DNA from: Gammaproteobacteria bacterium
GTDB lineage: Bacteria > Pseudomonadota > Gammaproteobacteria > JAADHS01
Reading direction: 5' to 3'
DNA length: 63,652 nucleotides
NCBI GenBank assembly: GCA_013151745.1
Contig: JAADHS010000046.1
Span: 1 to 63,652, forward strand
Under the pieces are notes generated by a model. It was not told where the DNA came from. It saw nothing but the letters and a program-made list of their open reading frames with translations, and ran no database searches. Position numbers and translations under genes: made by a program. Below, piece after piece: positions 62,806 through 63,652 of the stretch (positions are counted from its first letter, which is position 1; the number at the start of each line of letters is the position of its first letter).

Positions 62806-63652
62806 ATGAGAAACAAGTTGCTTTATATATCCACACTTTTTGTATTATTTTTTTTTACGATGCCCGCTTTAGCGGTAATGGGTCAAGCTTCGACACCCGC
62901 AGGCGCCTACGATGGCGTGTTAGTCCAATTTAAATCGGGCACCCGTCAGGTACGCATAAACCGGGCTTTCAGAGCAACGAGCAGCTATCAGTATCGGGGG
63001 TTTAGCAGCCACTTGATGCCGGGGCTGACCCACGCAAAAATTGGTCATGGCCATTCCCTTTCCGCGACATTGCGCAGCCTGCGTAACAATCCCGACGTGG
63101 AATTTGCCGAACCGAACTACATCCTTCACGCTTACGCAATTCCTGATGATACTCGCTTCGACTCATTGTGGGCGTTACACAATACCGGTCAGACCGGAGG
63201 AGTAGCTGATGCCGATATTGATGCGCCGGAAGCCTGGGATCTGCAAACGGGCGAAAACGTAATTATAGCCGTGGTGGACACAGGTGTGGATTACAATCAC
63301 AGCGAGCTGTCCAGTAACATCTGGAACAACAGCGCGGAGATTGCCAATAACGGACGTGATGACGATGGTAATGGTTTCATCGATGATGTGCGCGGTTGGG
63401 ATTTTAGCAACAACGATAACAACCCTATGGACGATAACAACCACGGTACTCACCTGGCAGGTACCATTGCCGCTAACGGCAACAACGGTTCTGGCATTGC
63501 GGGGATCAACTGGTCAGCACGCATCATGCCGCTGAAGTTTTTGGATGGCGCCGGAGCCGGCAGCTCTGCCAACGCCATTGCCGCCATTGATTACGCCGTA
63601 GCCAACGGTGCCCGAATCATCAACGCCAGCTGGGGTGGCGGACCTTTCAGTA
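62806..63652 (+). CDS. secreted subtilisin-like (S8) serine protease, 3' end outside the window
   Basis: Found by manual translation, because the open-ended ORF is not in the track. Signal peptide, I9-like propeptide, catalytic Asp (VVDTGVD) and His (HGTHLAGTIAA). AAGGA RBS before ATG 62806. Confidence 0.85.
   Translation, partial: MRNKLLYISTLFVLFFFTMPALAVMGQASTPAGAYDGVLVQFKSGTRQVRINRAFRATSSYQYRGFSSHLMPGLTHAKIGHGHSLSATLRSLRNNPDVEFAEPNYILHAYAIPDDTRFDSLWALHNTGQTGGVADADIDAPEAWDLQTGENVIIAVVDTGVDYNHSELSSNIWNNSAEIANNGRDDDGNGFIDDVRGWDFSNNDNNPMDDNNHGTHLAGTIAANGNNGSGIAGINWSARIMPLKFLDGAGAGSSANAIAAIDYAVANGARIINASWGGGPFS

Noticed and set aside
62691-63535. ORFs 62691..62933, 62920..63129, 63175..63453 and 63284..63535.
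   Set aside because: They overlap the S8 protease reading frame, which carries unmistakable catalytic motifs. They are out-of-frame or antisense shadows.
1-63652. Scan for tRNA, rRNA, tmRNA or SRP-like sequences, CRISPR arrays, transposases and prophage genes.
   Set aside because: None was recognisable by eye in the intergenic regions. An absence call from manual inspection is weak and should be confirmed with tRNAscan, Infernal and a CRISPR finder.

Overview
Chromosomal window from an AT-leaning (judged by eye, not computed) autotrophic proteobacterium. The gene order (aroQ-accBC-prmA-DUF3426-dusB-fis-purH, glyQS-gmhB-plsC, dac-dat-ybeD-lipBA, mnmG-rsmG-parAB) fits a beta- or gammaproteobacterial chemolithoautotroph. 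The left end carries a non-carboxysomal form IA RuBisCO locus: divergent cbbR, then cbbL-cbbS-[110 aa]-cbbQ-cbbO-[119 aa], with two unassigned small ORFs embedded in the operon. Most of the rest is housekeeping (lipoate, biotin, purine, fatty-acid initiation, Gly-tRNA ligase, LPS core and msbA, partition genes). Small accessory islets interrupt it. These are an orphan DUF2235/Tle1-like hydrolase plus a large lipoprotein, and a Sel1/SH3 protein convergent with a peptidase/beta-propeller/beta-barrel outer-membrane fusion. There is also a truncated-haemoglobin/reductase pair with an NsrR-like operator, and a 1002-aa beta-helix/cadherin-like adhesin with an 18-bp tandem repeat and a GlyGly-CTERM-like tail. 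Further islets are an HTH protein plus a small acidic secreted protein, and an ORF-free 770-bp gap followed by an orphan Ras-like GTPase, a 108-aa ORF and a PilZ protein with widely separated motifs. A partial secreted S8 protease runs off the right end. A previously unnamed (to me) MITE-like palindromic element family occurs as 3 full and 2 half copies. prmA appears frameshifted and lacks a canonical start. I saw no rRNA, tRNA, CRISPR array, transposase or prophage genes. All calls come from reading the sequence and ORF translations and from motif recognition from memory; no searches were run.
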